From assembly GCA_964361495.1 (NCBI GenBank), contig CAYIAH010000003.1:1-60129 (forward strand): DNA of 60,129 nt. The letters are read 5' to 3'. Shown in pieces: positions 8,830-16,437 of the stretch. A model generated the notes under the pieces. That model saw nothing but the letters and a program-made list of their open reading frames with translations, ran no database searches and was not told where the DNA came from. The position numbers were made by a program, and so were the translations under genes. Source of the stretch: an uncultured Candidatus Saccharibacteria bacterium. Lineage in GTDB: Bacteria > Patescibacteriota > Minisyncoccia > Sungbacterales > HO2-52-23. The first letter of the stretch is position 1. The number at the start of each line of letters is the position of its first letter.

Positions 8830-9564
8830 CTATGCCGCGCCATTTTCGATCCTTTTTTTCATAAACCATTCCGCGATTTCAAAGTCAAGACCGTGATCAA
8901 TGTTCACCGAATCCTCAGGCGTCATAAAAAAATACACGAGCTTCCTGCCTGAGGTTGACTTTAGTTCGCGGATCGTCCGCGTGCGCATCACATCCATAGC
9001 GCCTGTGTGGATATATGCCTTCGGGAAGAGCTGGCGGGGAAGATTATGCGGTTCGTCAAAACCAGTGAAGGACGTGGGCAAAAACGGTTCCAGAAATCGC
9101 CCGTCGGCAGAACTGATCCGCCACAATTTATAGGGATGTTTCGGAGCCTCGCAAATCGGCCGCGCGGCATCCGCATCGGGATTCCCGAAGAGCGTCTCAA
9201 TGCCCTCGTCAATATGCGCGGCGGTGCGGAGCGGCGAGGTCGGCGGAAGCCGGAGCACCATCTCGGGTTCATACCCCTCGCGCATTTTCAGCCAGTCAAG
9301 CGCGTGCAGCAAAAATTCCACATCAGTGGAAAGATCGTCCGAAATTTCTGCCGGCCGCAAAAACGGCACCTCGGCGCCGTGCGCCCGTGCAACCGCCGCG
9401 ATCTCCGGATCATCCGTGGATACGATCGTCCGGGTAAGACGCCTTGATTGCTTCGCCGCGTCAATGGTCCACGCAATCAAAGGCCTGCCGCACAGCAGTT
9501 TTATATTTTTTCGCGGTATGCTTTTTGACCCCCCACGCGCGGGGATAATACCCAGAATGCCCAT
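8830..9564 (-). CDS. neuA: Acylneuraminate/nonulosonate cytidylyltransferase, copy 2
   Basis: IIPARGGSKSIPRKNIK motif. First gene of the minus-strand operon that runs from 9564 to 93. Confidence 0.8.
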   Translation of the reverse strand: MGILGIIPARGGSKSIPRKNIKLLCGRPLIAWTIDAAKQSRRLTRTIVSTDDPEIAAVARAHGAEVPFLRPAEISDDLSTDVEFLLHALDWLKMREGYEPEMVLRLPPTSPLRTAAHIDEGIETLFGNPDADAARPICEAPKHPYKLWRISSADGRFLEPFLPTSFTGFDEPHNLPRQLFPKAYIHTGAMDVMRTRTIRELKSTSGRKLVYFFMTPEDSVNIDHGLDFEIAEWFMKKRIENGAA

Positions 9565-9637
9565 TAGTCTTTATTTCTACGGTATATAAAACGAGCAGAC
9601 CTTACAAATTGTTTTAATAATGATGAGTGATGCAACG

Positions 9638-9677
9638 TTACATCAAATTTTAAACGATCGTTAGAAATTTGATGTAA
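9638..9677. promoter_or_regulatory. Perfect palindrome TTACATCAAATTT-N14-AAATTTGATGTAA (candidate operator, site 1)
   Basis: Read directly from the sequence. It lies in the AT-rich spacer between the regulator stop (9708) and the start of the nonulosonate operon (9564). Confidence 0.6.
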
Positions 9678-9707
9678 TTGCGACTCAAACTACACCGCTT
9701 CGCTCCG

Positions 9708-10286
9708 CTAGATCAGCCGGAAAAATTTTCGTGCTGCCCCCTCACATTTTCCCAAATCCTTGGTAACAAAATAATGAACATACCGTTCAACTTCCCAAAA
9801 TGAAGCGAGCGATTCAATTTCTTCATGACAATCGTATGGATACACAAATACACTTTTCTGGAAGGCAAAACATCCAAGAATTTTAAGATGCTGCTGGAAT
9901 GCGCGCCGGCCCCCTCCGCTTCGTTCCGGAATATCAAAAAGAATTACTCTCCATTTTTTATCCCATACTCCTTCGGGTAATTCAAAATTGTCCAATTCGA
10001 ATTGTCGTACATATTTTTTTCCGCTTTCAGTCACATAAAGATACATCTTGTTTCCGCGCTCCCTGTATTCAATAAGACGGCGCCGATGTAGCGCGCGAAG
10101 CGCTCGTTGAATTCTATCCCGTTCATGATTACTCCGTCTTCCGCCGCCAAGAAATGGCTTCAATACTTTCAGTGCATTTGGTGCCATTAATGCCATCGCA
10201 AGAGCCGTTCCGGTGCCAAGCACAATCAAAATTGCTTTGGTAAGCGTCCTGACGTGGAGATAATTTTTTATTTCATGAAGTGCCAT
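9708..10286 (-). CDS. Membrane-anchored PaaX-like regulator (wHTH plus Cas2-like ferredoxin-fold domain)
   Basis: The N-terminal hydrophobic segment AILIVLGTGTALAMALMAP is followed by a wHTH-like RALRALHRRRLIEYRERGNKMYLYVTESGKKY. Next comes WRVILFDIPERSGGGRRAFQQHLKILGCFAFQKSVFVYPYD, which matches the PaaX/Cas2-fold signature. The gene is visibly more AT-rich than its neighbours. Confidence 0.6.
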   Translation of the reverse strand: MALHEIKNYLHVRTLTKAILIVLGTGTALAMALMAPNALKVLKPFLGGGRRSNHERDRIQRALRALHRRRLIEYRERGNKMYLYVTESGKKYVRQFELDNFELPEGVWDKKWRVILFDIPERSGGGRRAFQQHLKILGCFAFQKSVFVYPYDCHEEIESLASFWEVERYVHYFVTKDLGKCEGAARKFFRLI

Positions 10287-10299
10287 ACATCCAGTAAGT

Positions 10300-10338
10300 T
10301 TACATCAAATTTATTCCTATCGTCAAAAATTTGATGTA
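10300..10338. promoter_or_regulatory. Palindrome TTACATCAAATTT-N14-AAATTTGATGTA (candidate operator, site 2)
   Basis: Same arms and same 14-nt spacer length as site 1. It lies in the divergent regulator/tkt intergenic region. It overlaps a candidate minus-strand promoter TTGACG-N18-TAAACT (plus-strand 10297-10326). Confidence 0.6.
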
Positions 10339-10359
10339 CATATAGATGTAAAATCACTC

Positions 10360-10387
10360 TTGACTAAATCCTCTCATCAAGTACTCT
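10360..10387 (+). promoter_or_regulatory. Candidate sigma70-like promoter for tkt (TTGACT-N16-TACTCT)
   Basis: TTGACT at 10360-10365 and TACTCT at 10382-10387, only about 14 nt before the ATG at 10402. No obvious Shine-Dalgarno sequence, so the leader would be very short. Confidence 0.3.
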
Positions 10388-10401
10388 GAAAGTGCATCGC
10401 A

Positions 10402-12282
10402 ATGAATCCATCATCTCCAATCTATCTTCGCAATCTCGCGCGGCTTGTGCGGTATTATATTCTCCTCTCCACCACCGAGGCCGGATCAGGGCATCCGACG
10501 TCATCCCTCTCCGCCGCCGACCTTATGACCATCCTCGTCTTCGGAGGATTTTTTCATTTTGATCCCGCAAATCCGGAGAACCCTGCAAACGACCGGCTCA
10601 TTTTTTCAAAAGGACATGCTTCTCCGCTCCTTTATGCCCTCTGGGCCGCTGCTGGAAAAATAACCGAAGAGGAATTAAAAACTCTTCGCATGTTCGGATC
10701 GCGACTCGAAGGGCATCCCGCAATGACATTCCCCTATACCGAAGCGGCAACCGGCTCGCTCGGACAAGGACTTTCCATAGGCGTCGGCATGGCGCTCAAC
10801 GCGAAGTATCTGGACAAAATTCCTTATCGAACGTTCGTGCTCTTGGGCGACAGCGAAATCGCCGAGGGATCGGTATGGGAAGCAATGCAGTGCGCGGCGC
10901 ATTATAAATTGAATAATCTCGCAGGAATTCTTGATGTGAATCGCCTTGGCCAGCGGGGAGAAACCATGCACGGCCACGACCTTGAAGCATACGAGAAAAA
11001 GGTGATCGCATTCGGATGGAATGCGATCATGATTGACGGACACTCGCATGACGAGATCGCCCGCGCCTATGAACACGCGCTCACGGCAACGGAAAAACCA
11101 GTAATGATCATTGCGCGCACTCTCAAAGGAAAGGGGATTTCATTTCTTGAAGATCAGGACGGGTGGCACGGAAAAGCGCTTTCGCGCGACCAATTTCAAA
11201 ATGCACTCAAAGAACTGGAGGAGGTTGACCGGACAATTCGGGGGGAAATTGCACCGCCGCCCGCATATTCATCTTCTTCCAATTTGGAAACTCGATCCCC
11301 GGGTAACGTCCCCGCACCTTCCCCGACACAAGAACTTCCGCCTCCGGTCTATCCGATCGAGACGCCGGTCGCCACCAGAAAAGCCTACGGCAACGCGCTC
11401 GCGAGGATTTCTCCCGCATTTCCCGATATCGTTGTGCTTGATGCGGAAGTCGGCAATTCAACATTCGCCGAGATCTTCAAAAAAGCGCATCCGGAACGGT
11501 TTTTTGAAATGTATATCGCGGAACAAAATATGGCGGGCGCCGCCCTCGGTATGTCGCGCCGCGGCAAAATTCCTTTTTGTTCCACATTCGCGGCGTTTTT
11601 CACCCGCGCCTTCGATCAAATCAGAATGAGTCAGTATTCAGATGCGAATATCAAATTCACTGGTTCCCATGCGGGCGTTTCCATCGGCGAGGACGGTCCA
11701 TCCCAAATGGGACTTGAAGACCTCGCGATGTTCAGAACACTCCGCGACGGTGTCGTCCTCTATCCTTCTGATGCAATCTCAACAGAGCGTCTTGTTGAAG
11801 AAGCGGCGCAATCACGCGGCATTGTGTACATTCGCACCACCCGAAAAGACACGCCGATTCTTTACGACGCGGGCGAGAAATTTCCCATTGGCGGGAGCAA
11901 AACCATCCGTTCAAACAATCATGATATCGCGACCATTGTGGCCGCAGGCATCACCCTTCACGAGGCGCTCGCCGCGCATGAATCGTTACAAAAAGAGAGA
12001 ATCTCAATTCGCGTCATTGATTGCTACAGCATCAAACCCCTTGACACTGCAACGCTTCTCAAAGCCGCACAAGAAACACACACGCTTATCACTGTTGAAG
12101 ATCACTATCCCGAAGGCGGACTTGGCGAAGCCGTCGCGGCGGCGCTCGCGAATTCCGGCGCCTCCATGCATTCGCTTGCAGTCCGGCGCCGGCCGAAAAG
12201 CGGAGAGCCGAACGAGCTTCTCGACTATGAAGAAATTTCAAAAGACGCGATCATCCGTGCCATACACAGGATACTGCAATAA
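10402..12282 (+). CDS. tkt: Transketolase (fused split-type N and C halves)
   Basis: GSGHPTSSLSAADLM and GSLGQGLS motifs in the N-terminal half, and a Pyr/C-terminal half with EQNM. A Pro/Ser-rich linker (nt 11251-11367) joins the halves. Confidence 0.9.
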   Translation: MNPSSPIYLRNLARLVRYYILLSTTEAGSGHPTSSLSAADLMTILVFGGFFHFDPANPENPANDRLIFSKGHASPLLYALWAAAGKITEEELKTLRMFGSRLEGHPAMTFPYTEAATGSLGQGLSIGVGMALNAKYLDKIPYRTFVLLGDSEIAEGSVWEAMQCAAHYKLNNLAGILDVNRLGQRGETMHGHDLEAYEKKVIAFGWNAIMIDGHSHDEIARAYEHALTATEKPVMIIARTLKGKGISFLEDQDGWHGKALSRDQFQNALKELEEVDRTIRGEIAPPPAYSSSSNLETRSPGNVPAPSPTQELPPPVYPIETPVATRKAYGNALARISPAFPDIVVLDAEVGNSTFAEIFKKAHPERFFEMYIAEQNMAGAALGMSRRGKIPFCSTFAAFFTRAFDQIRMSQYSDANIKFTGSHAGVSIGEDGPSQMGLEDLAMFRTLRDGVVLYPSDAISTERLVEEAAQSRGIVYIRTTRKDTPILYDAGEKFPIGGSKTIRSNNHDIATIVAAGITLHEALAAHESLQKERISIRVIDCYSIKPLDTATLLKAAQETHTLITVEDHYPEGGLGEAVAAALANSGASMHSLAVRRRPKSGEPNELLDYEEISKDAIIRAIHRILQ

Positions 12283-13077
12283 TCAATGAGACGCTTTTTT
12301 GAAATGATACACCCCGATAGCGCCCCCGTAATCCGTATCGCGCTCGAAAGGAACCGCATGCCGATTAAGCCACTCCATGAATAGTTTAATCTTTTTCTCG
12401 TCAATGCCGAGTTTTGAATCGCGGGCAACATTCGGGAGCCGGCGGCTAAGGTCATCAATCATCTTTTTTCCATGCGCCCATTCGTGATCCACGGTTTTCC
12501 ATTCAAGTTCCATTTTGAGAATTTTTCCCCACTCCATAAAATTGAACGGCGTGAGATAATGGAGATCCGCAAGAGTAATTCGCGCATCGAATAAGCACCG
12601 AAGTGCGGTCAAAATATATCCGCGGGGATTGAGCCAGTTCGGACACGAAACGATAAGCGATCCCCCCGGTTTCAAAAGTTCTTTGAAACGCCGGAGGATC
12701 GCAAGCGGATCATCCATGTGCTCAAGCGTCCCGAGGCAGACCACGGCATCAAACTTTCCGCGCACGTTTTTAATCTCTGTTTTCTGAAATAAAAGATTCG
12801 GGCATTGATGGGCGCTCTTCGCGACCGCGATCGCGTCGGAAGAATAATCAATGCCGATCACTCTTTTCGCGCCGCGTTCCGCAATTAAGTACGCGAGTTC
12901 TCCGGTTCCGCATCCCGCGTCAAGTACCATTTTTCCCTTCCATGAAGGAATGGCTTTTAATACCTCAATACGGTCATAGGCAAGATCGCCCTTTGCAAAA
13001 AGGAGTTTCGTGTAATGCGTGGATTCTCCGCGCCGGTAAATGGAATTGTAAATCGCCTCAAGATCTTTATTGTGCAT
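12283..13077 (-). CDS. Class I SAM-dependent methyltransferase
   Basis: VLDAGCGTGELAY motif. Its stop codon abuts the convergent tkt stop with no spacer. Confidence 0.8.
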   Translation of the reverse strand: MHNKDLEAIYNSIYRRGESTHYTKLLFAKGDLAYDRIEVLKAIPSWKGKMVLDAGCGTGELAYLIAERGAKRVIGIDYSSDAIAVAKSAHQCPNLLFQKTEIKNVRGKFDAVVCLGTLEHMDDPLAILRRFKELLKPGGSLIVSCPNWLNPRGYILTALRCLFDARITLADLHYLTPFNFMEWGKILKMELEWKTVDHEWAHGKKMIDDLSRRLPNVARDSKLGIDEKKIKLFMEWLNRHAVPFERDTDYGGAIGVYHFKKASH

Positions 13078-13084
13078 AACGGAA

Positions 13085-13245
13085 TAGACCTGTCGCGTAA
13101 TAATTTTCGTAGCGAAATTTTCAGATTTTGAGCGAGGCGAAGCAAAAATTTTGAAGCATATACAGAGTATCTGTTGAAAAATTTTTGCAAAGCCGCAGCC
13201 AAAATATGGAAATTGCAGCAGAAAGATTATTACGCAACAGGTCTA
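13085..13245. repeat. 20-bp inverted repeat pair (1 mismatch) enclosing a 121-bp AT-rich core
   Basis: TAGACCTGTCGCGTAATAAT at 13085-13104 pairs with ATTATTACGCAACAGGTCTA at 13226-13245. The pair fills the rmlA/methyltransferase intergenic spacer. Confidence 0.7.
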
Positions 13246-13250
13246 CTGTA

Positions 13251-13976
13251 TTACCTCTCGGATGCGCTTCGCTTCGCGGCCCATATGGACGTTCCAAGAA
13301 GCGTCGAAAATGTCCCCGCGTCAGACCAAAATCCTTTTATAAATTCAAAGGTGTAGTCGCCTTTTCTGATATATTCGTTCACGGCATCAACAATTTCAAG
13401 TTCCCCCCGCGCCGAGGGGTGCAGTGTTCGTATAATATCAAAGATGCGGTGATCAAAAAGATAGAATCCGACATCTGCATAGGGGAATCTGGGCCTTTTT
13501 GACTTCTCAATAATTTTGAGAATCCGGGTACGCGTACGATTAAACACCGGCGTGCCGAAGCGGCGCGGATCCGCAACTTTTTTTAAAAAAATGGCGGTGC
13601 CGCTTCTGAATTTCCGAACCGCGTTCTTAAAATTCTGTTCAAAGATATTATCGCCGAGAATCATGGCAACCGATCCCCCATCCGCAAAATCTTCCGCACA
13701 GCTCAACGCATCGGCAATGCCGCCGTTATCTTTATCCTGCAACGCATAAGAAAGTTTAACGCCGTGCTCCTTTCCCGATCCCAAAAAATTCATAAAATGC
13801 CCCGCATGTTCTTTTCCGCATACAATCATAATTTCTTTAATCCCCGAACGACGCAAAGTTTCCAATGGATATAAAATCATCGGTTTGTCGTACAAAGGCA
13901 GAAGATGCTTATTCGTAATTCTCGTCAACGGACGAAGACGCGTCCCGAGTCCGCCGGCAGTAATGACTCCTTTCAT
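13251..13976 (-). CDS. rmlA: Glucose-1-phosphate thymidylyltransferase (short RmlA type)
   Basis: GGLGTRLRPLTRITNKHLLPLYDKPMILYPL. ATGA-coupled to rmlB. Confidence 0.8.
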   Translation of the reverse strand: MKGVITAGGLGTRLRPLTRITNKHLLPLYDKPMILYPLETLRRSGIKEIMIVCGKEHAGHFMNFLGSGKEHGVKLSYALQDKDNGGIADALSCAEDFADGGSVAMILGDNIFEQNFKNAVRKFRSGTAIFLKKVADPRRFGTPVFNRTRTRILKIIEKSKRPRFPYADVGFYLFDHRIFDIIRTLHPSARGELEIVDAVNEYIRKGDYTFEFIKGFWSDAGTFSTLLGTSIWAAKRSASER

Positions 13977-15013
13977 AGAAGATGGGGGTTAAGCAACGCG
14001 GTCTTTTTCATAACCCTCTTAAGCCATAGATGGTTATCGCGATACCACCGGAGGGTCTCGACAATCGCTTTTCCAAATTCGCGGCGGGGCCGCCACCCGA
14101 ATGTCTCTCGGATTTTCTCCGTCGCAAGTGCATAACGCCGATCGTGTCCCGGCCGGTCGGCAACAAATTCAATATCTGCGGCATCGCGGCCGAACGCCCG
14201 AAGGAGCTCCTCTGCAACCGCACGGTTACTCTTCTCCGTTTCGGCGCCGATGTGATAAATCTCGCCCGCTTTTCCTTTGCGAAGGATAACGTCAAGCGCA
14301 TGACAGTGATCCTCAACGTGAATCCAGTCGCGCACATGTTCCCCGTCTCCGTAGAGCGGAATTTTTTTTCCTTCCATGAGTCGCGTCACAAAAAAAGGAA
14401 TCAGTTTTTCCGGATATTGCCGCGGACCAAAATTATTTCCCGAGCGAGTGATGACGGCCGGAATGCCGAAGGTTCTGTGGTACGCGAGACATAAAAGATC
14501 TCCCGCCGCTTTCGTCGCCGCGTACGGAGAGCTCGGCCGCAGGGAAGAATGTTCGCGAAACTTCTCGCCGGAGCCAAGAGGCAGATCGCCGTATACTTCA
14601 TCGGTGCTCACCTGCACGTATCTTTGCGCTTCCGGGTACCGCCGCACTGCCTCAAGAAGTATGCGCACCCCCTCAATGTTGGTACGCACAAAATCACCGG
14701 CATTTCCGTGAATACTCCGGTCAACATGGGTCTCTGCGGCAAAATTGATCACCGCGCCGGGATGATATTTCTTAAACACCCGCTCCACGACACGCTCATC
14801 CGCAATATCGCCTTTCACGAACGAGTAACGCCGATCTCCCGCAACATCGCGAAGATTCTCAAGATTCCCGCAGTAAGTGAGCTTATCAAAATTGACCACG
14901 CGCGCCGCCCCTCTTGCACGGGAATTCCCGAGAATATACCGGATGAAATTTGAGCCGATAAACCCCGCGCCGCCGCATACCAATAAAGTTTTAGCCCAAT
15001 TTTTCCGTTTCAT
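13973..15013 (-). CDS. rmlB: dTDP-glucose 4,6-dehydratase
   Basis: GGAGFIGSNF Rossmann motif, YAATKAAGD (YxxxK), and length and overall layout typical of RmlB. Confidence 0.9.
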   Translation of the reverse strand: MKRKNWAKTLLVCGGAGFIGSNFIRYILGNSRARGAARVVNFDKLTYCGNLENLRDVAGDRRYSFVKGDIADERVVERVFKKYHPGAVINFAAETHVDRSIHGNAGDFVRTNIEGVRILLEAVRRYPEAQRYVQVSTDEVYGDLPLGSGEKFREHSSLRPSSPYAATKAAGDLLCLAYHRTFGIPAVITRSGNNFGPRQYPEKLIPFFVTRLMEGKKIPLYGDGEHVRDWIHVEDHCHALDVILRKGKAGEIYHIGAETEKSNRAVAEELLRAFGRDAADIEFVADRPGHDRRYALATEKIRETFGWRPRREFGKAIVETLRWYRDNHLWLKRVMKKTALLNPHLL

Positions 15014-15659
15014 CTTTATCTAGAACGAAGTAATGGTTGCGCGGGGTATCGTGCCTCACGTAGTGGTTTCTCACGCGAAACTTCGCGCGCCTGATCTCCC
15101 GCAATACTCGCGCCACCGGATAGCCGCGCATGCCGATCTCCCATTGGTGCGCCCCGGGCGGTGCGGGAGGAAGCCGCCGCAGCGCGGGAAAACGCACCGC
15201 CCATGCAATTTCTTTCATGAAAGGAAATTTCAATACGCCGCCGAAAAGTGTCCTGCGCGCGTCCGGCATCGACATAAAAAGCGTGCGTCTCGTCACGCGC
15301 CGCAGTTCTGCAAGCGCTTTCGGAAAATCTTCAAAAGGAAGATGCTCCAGCACTTCGCACGCAATGCTCATTTCAAAAGAATTATCCGCCGCGGGAATCG
15401 CGAGCACCGATCCCACAAAATCGGGCGCATACTCCGGCTTCACGTCAAGGGTTTTGATCGCGACGCCGAACTTTTTTAAATAGCCGGTCACGAGGCCGTG
15501 CGAAGGGCCCACTTCGAGCACCGAAAATGAGGCGCGGCCCGCCTCTTCGTGCCGCGCGATCTCATGCGCCACCGCCCTGATTTGATTGAAATAATGGATC
15601 CACCGCGCCTTATGGTCATAAAAGCGCGGCGACCAAAATGGTACATCGTATACGCCCAT
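14991..15659 (-). CDS. SAM-dependent methyltransferase
   Basis: VLEVGPSHGL and CEVLEHLP motifs. The start is set at the ATG at 15659 (MGVYDV), just after the upstream stop at 15667. The ORF-track start is 15725. Confidence 0.6.
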   Translation of the reverse strand: MGVYDVPFWSPRFYDHKARWIHYFNQIRAVAHEIARHEEAGRASFSVLEVGPSHGLVTGYLKKFGVAIKTLDVKPEYAPDFVGSVLAIPAADNSFEMSIACEVLEHLPFEDFPKALAELRRVTRRTLFMSMPDARRTLFGGVLKFPFMKEIAWAVRFPALRRLPPAPPGAHQWEIGMRGYPVARVLREIRRAKFRVRNHYVRHDTPRNHYFVLDKDETEKLG

Positions 15660-15666
15660 AGTATAT

Positions 15667-16437
15667 CTATTTTTGAAAAACTCCGAAAAGCCATCGCCCC
15701 CTGCCCGACCGTATAAAAAGATCATCGCCCATCAGAAAATAATAGAGCGCCTCTGCAAGACACCGGCTTCCAATCTGTCGAATCCGAGAAAAACGTCTCG
15801 GCATCCTTTCGGTCTCAACCGATGCGTCATATCCGCTTAAATTATAACCATGTATATGTACGAGCATACGATAATACAGTTGATACAACGGCCACCCCCA
15901 TGTAAAAAGTTTTACCGGCCGGAGTCCTGCGCGGCGGCATTTTTCGATTAAATCCTCACGCTCGTAACGGCGAAAATTCCGTGTATCGTCAAGTATCGTC
16001 CAGTAGGATACGCGATGCTGTACTGCGGCAATAAAGTATCCGCCGGCGTGAAGCATTGAAGCGCTTGCCGCAATCACTGAATCATCGTCCTCAATTACAT
16101 CGAGCGTCGCCATGCAAGTAATGAGGTCAAAGGGCGCTCCCGCGATCCATTCCTTCCCATCTGCACGCACAAATCTGCACGAAGGACATGAGCCGCGTGC
16201 TTCCACGAGCGCGGCTTCGGAGATGTCGCTCCCTGTCAATTCCGCGTATTTCTTATCCCGGGCGAGAACCGAAAGCAACGTACCGCTCCCGCAGCCAACA
16301 TCGAGTACCCGCCCCCCGGTCGGACAGAATGCAACCACAAGCCGCCGCATGACGCGACAACGCGAACGCGTGCTCGGACCTATGGTAAGCACACGATTCG
16401 CATCACTTTTCCATATGCGATCCCAGTTATTTTCCAT
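15667..16437 (-). CDS. Class I SAM-dependent methyltransferase
   Basis: VLDVGCGSGTLL motif. The ATG at 16437 is preferred over the TTG at 16479. Confidence 0.8.
   Translation of the reverse strand: MENNWDRIWKSDANRVLTIGPSTRSRCRVMRRLVVAFCPTGGRVLDVGCGSGTLLSVLARDKKYAELTGSDISEAALVEARGSCPSCRFVRADGKEWIAGAPFDLITCMATLDVIEDDDSVIAASASMLHAGGYFIAAVQHRVSYWTILDDTRNFRRYEREDLIEKCRRAGLRPVKLFTWGWPLYQLYYRMLVHIHGYNLSGYDASVETERMPRRFSRIRQIGSRCLAEALYYFLMGDDLFIRSGRGRWLFGVFQK

Noticed and set aside
9565-10401. A CRISPR-Cas or mobile-element interpretation of the Cas2-fold gene flanked by repeats.
   Set aside because: Only two repeat copies are present and each is itself palindromic. There is no spacer array, no other cas gene, and no integrase or transposase. 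The promoter-overlapping positions fit operators better.
14362-14369. T8 and A8 homopolymer runs inside coding genes (for example in rmlB at 14362-14369 and in the SDR gene near 23541-23560), considered as phase-variation tracts.
   Set aside because: Short A/T runs encoding Lys or Phe are common. They are below the lengths usually associated with slippage, and no G/C homopolymers of that kind were seen.
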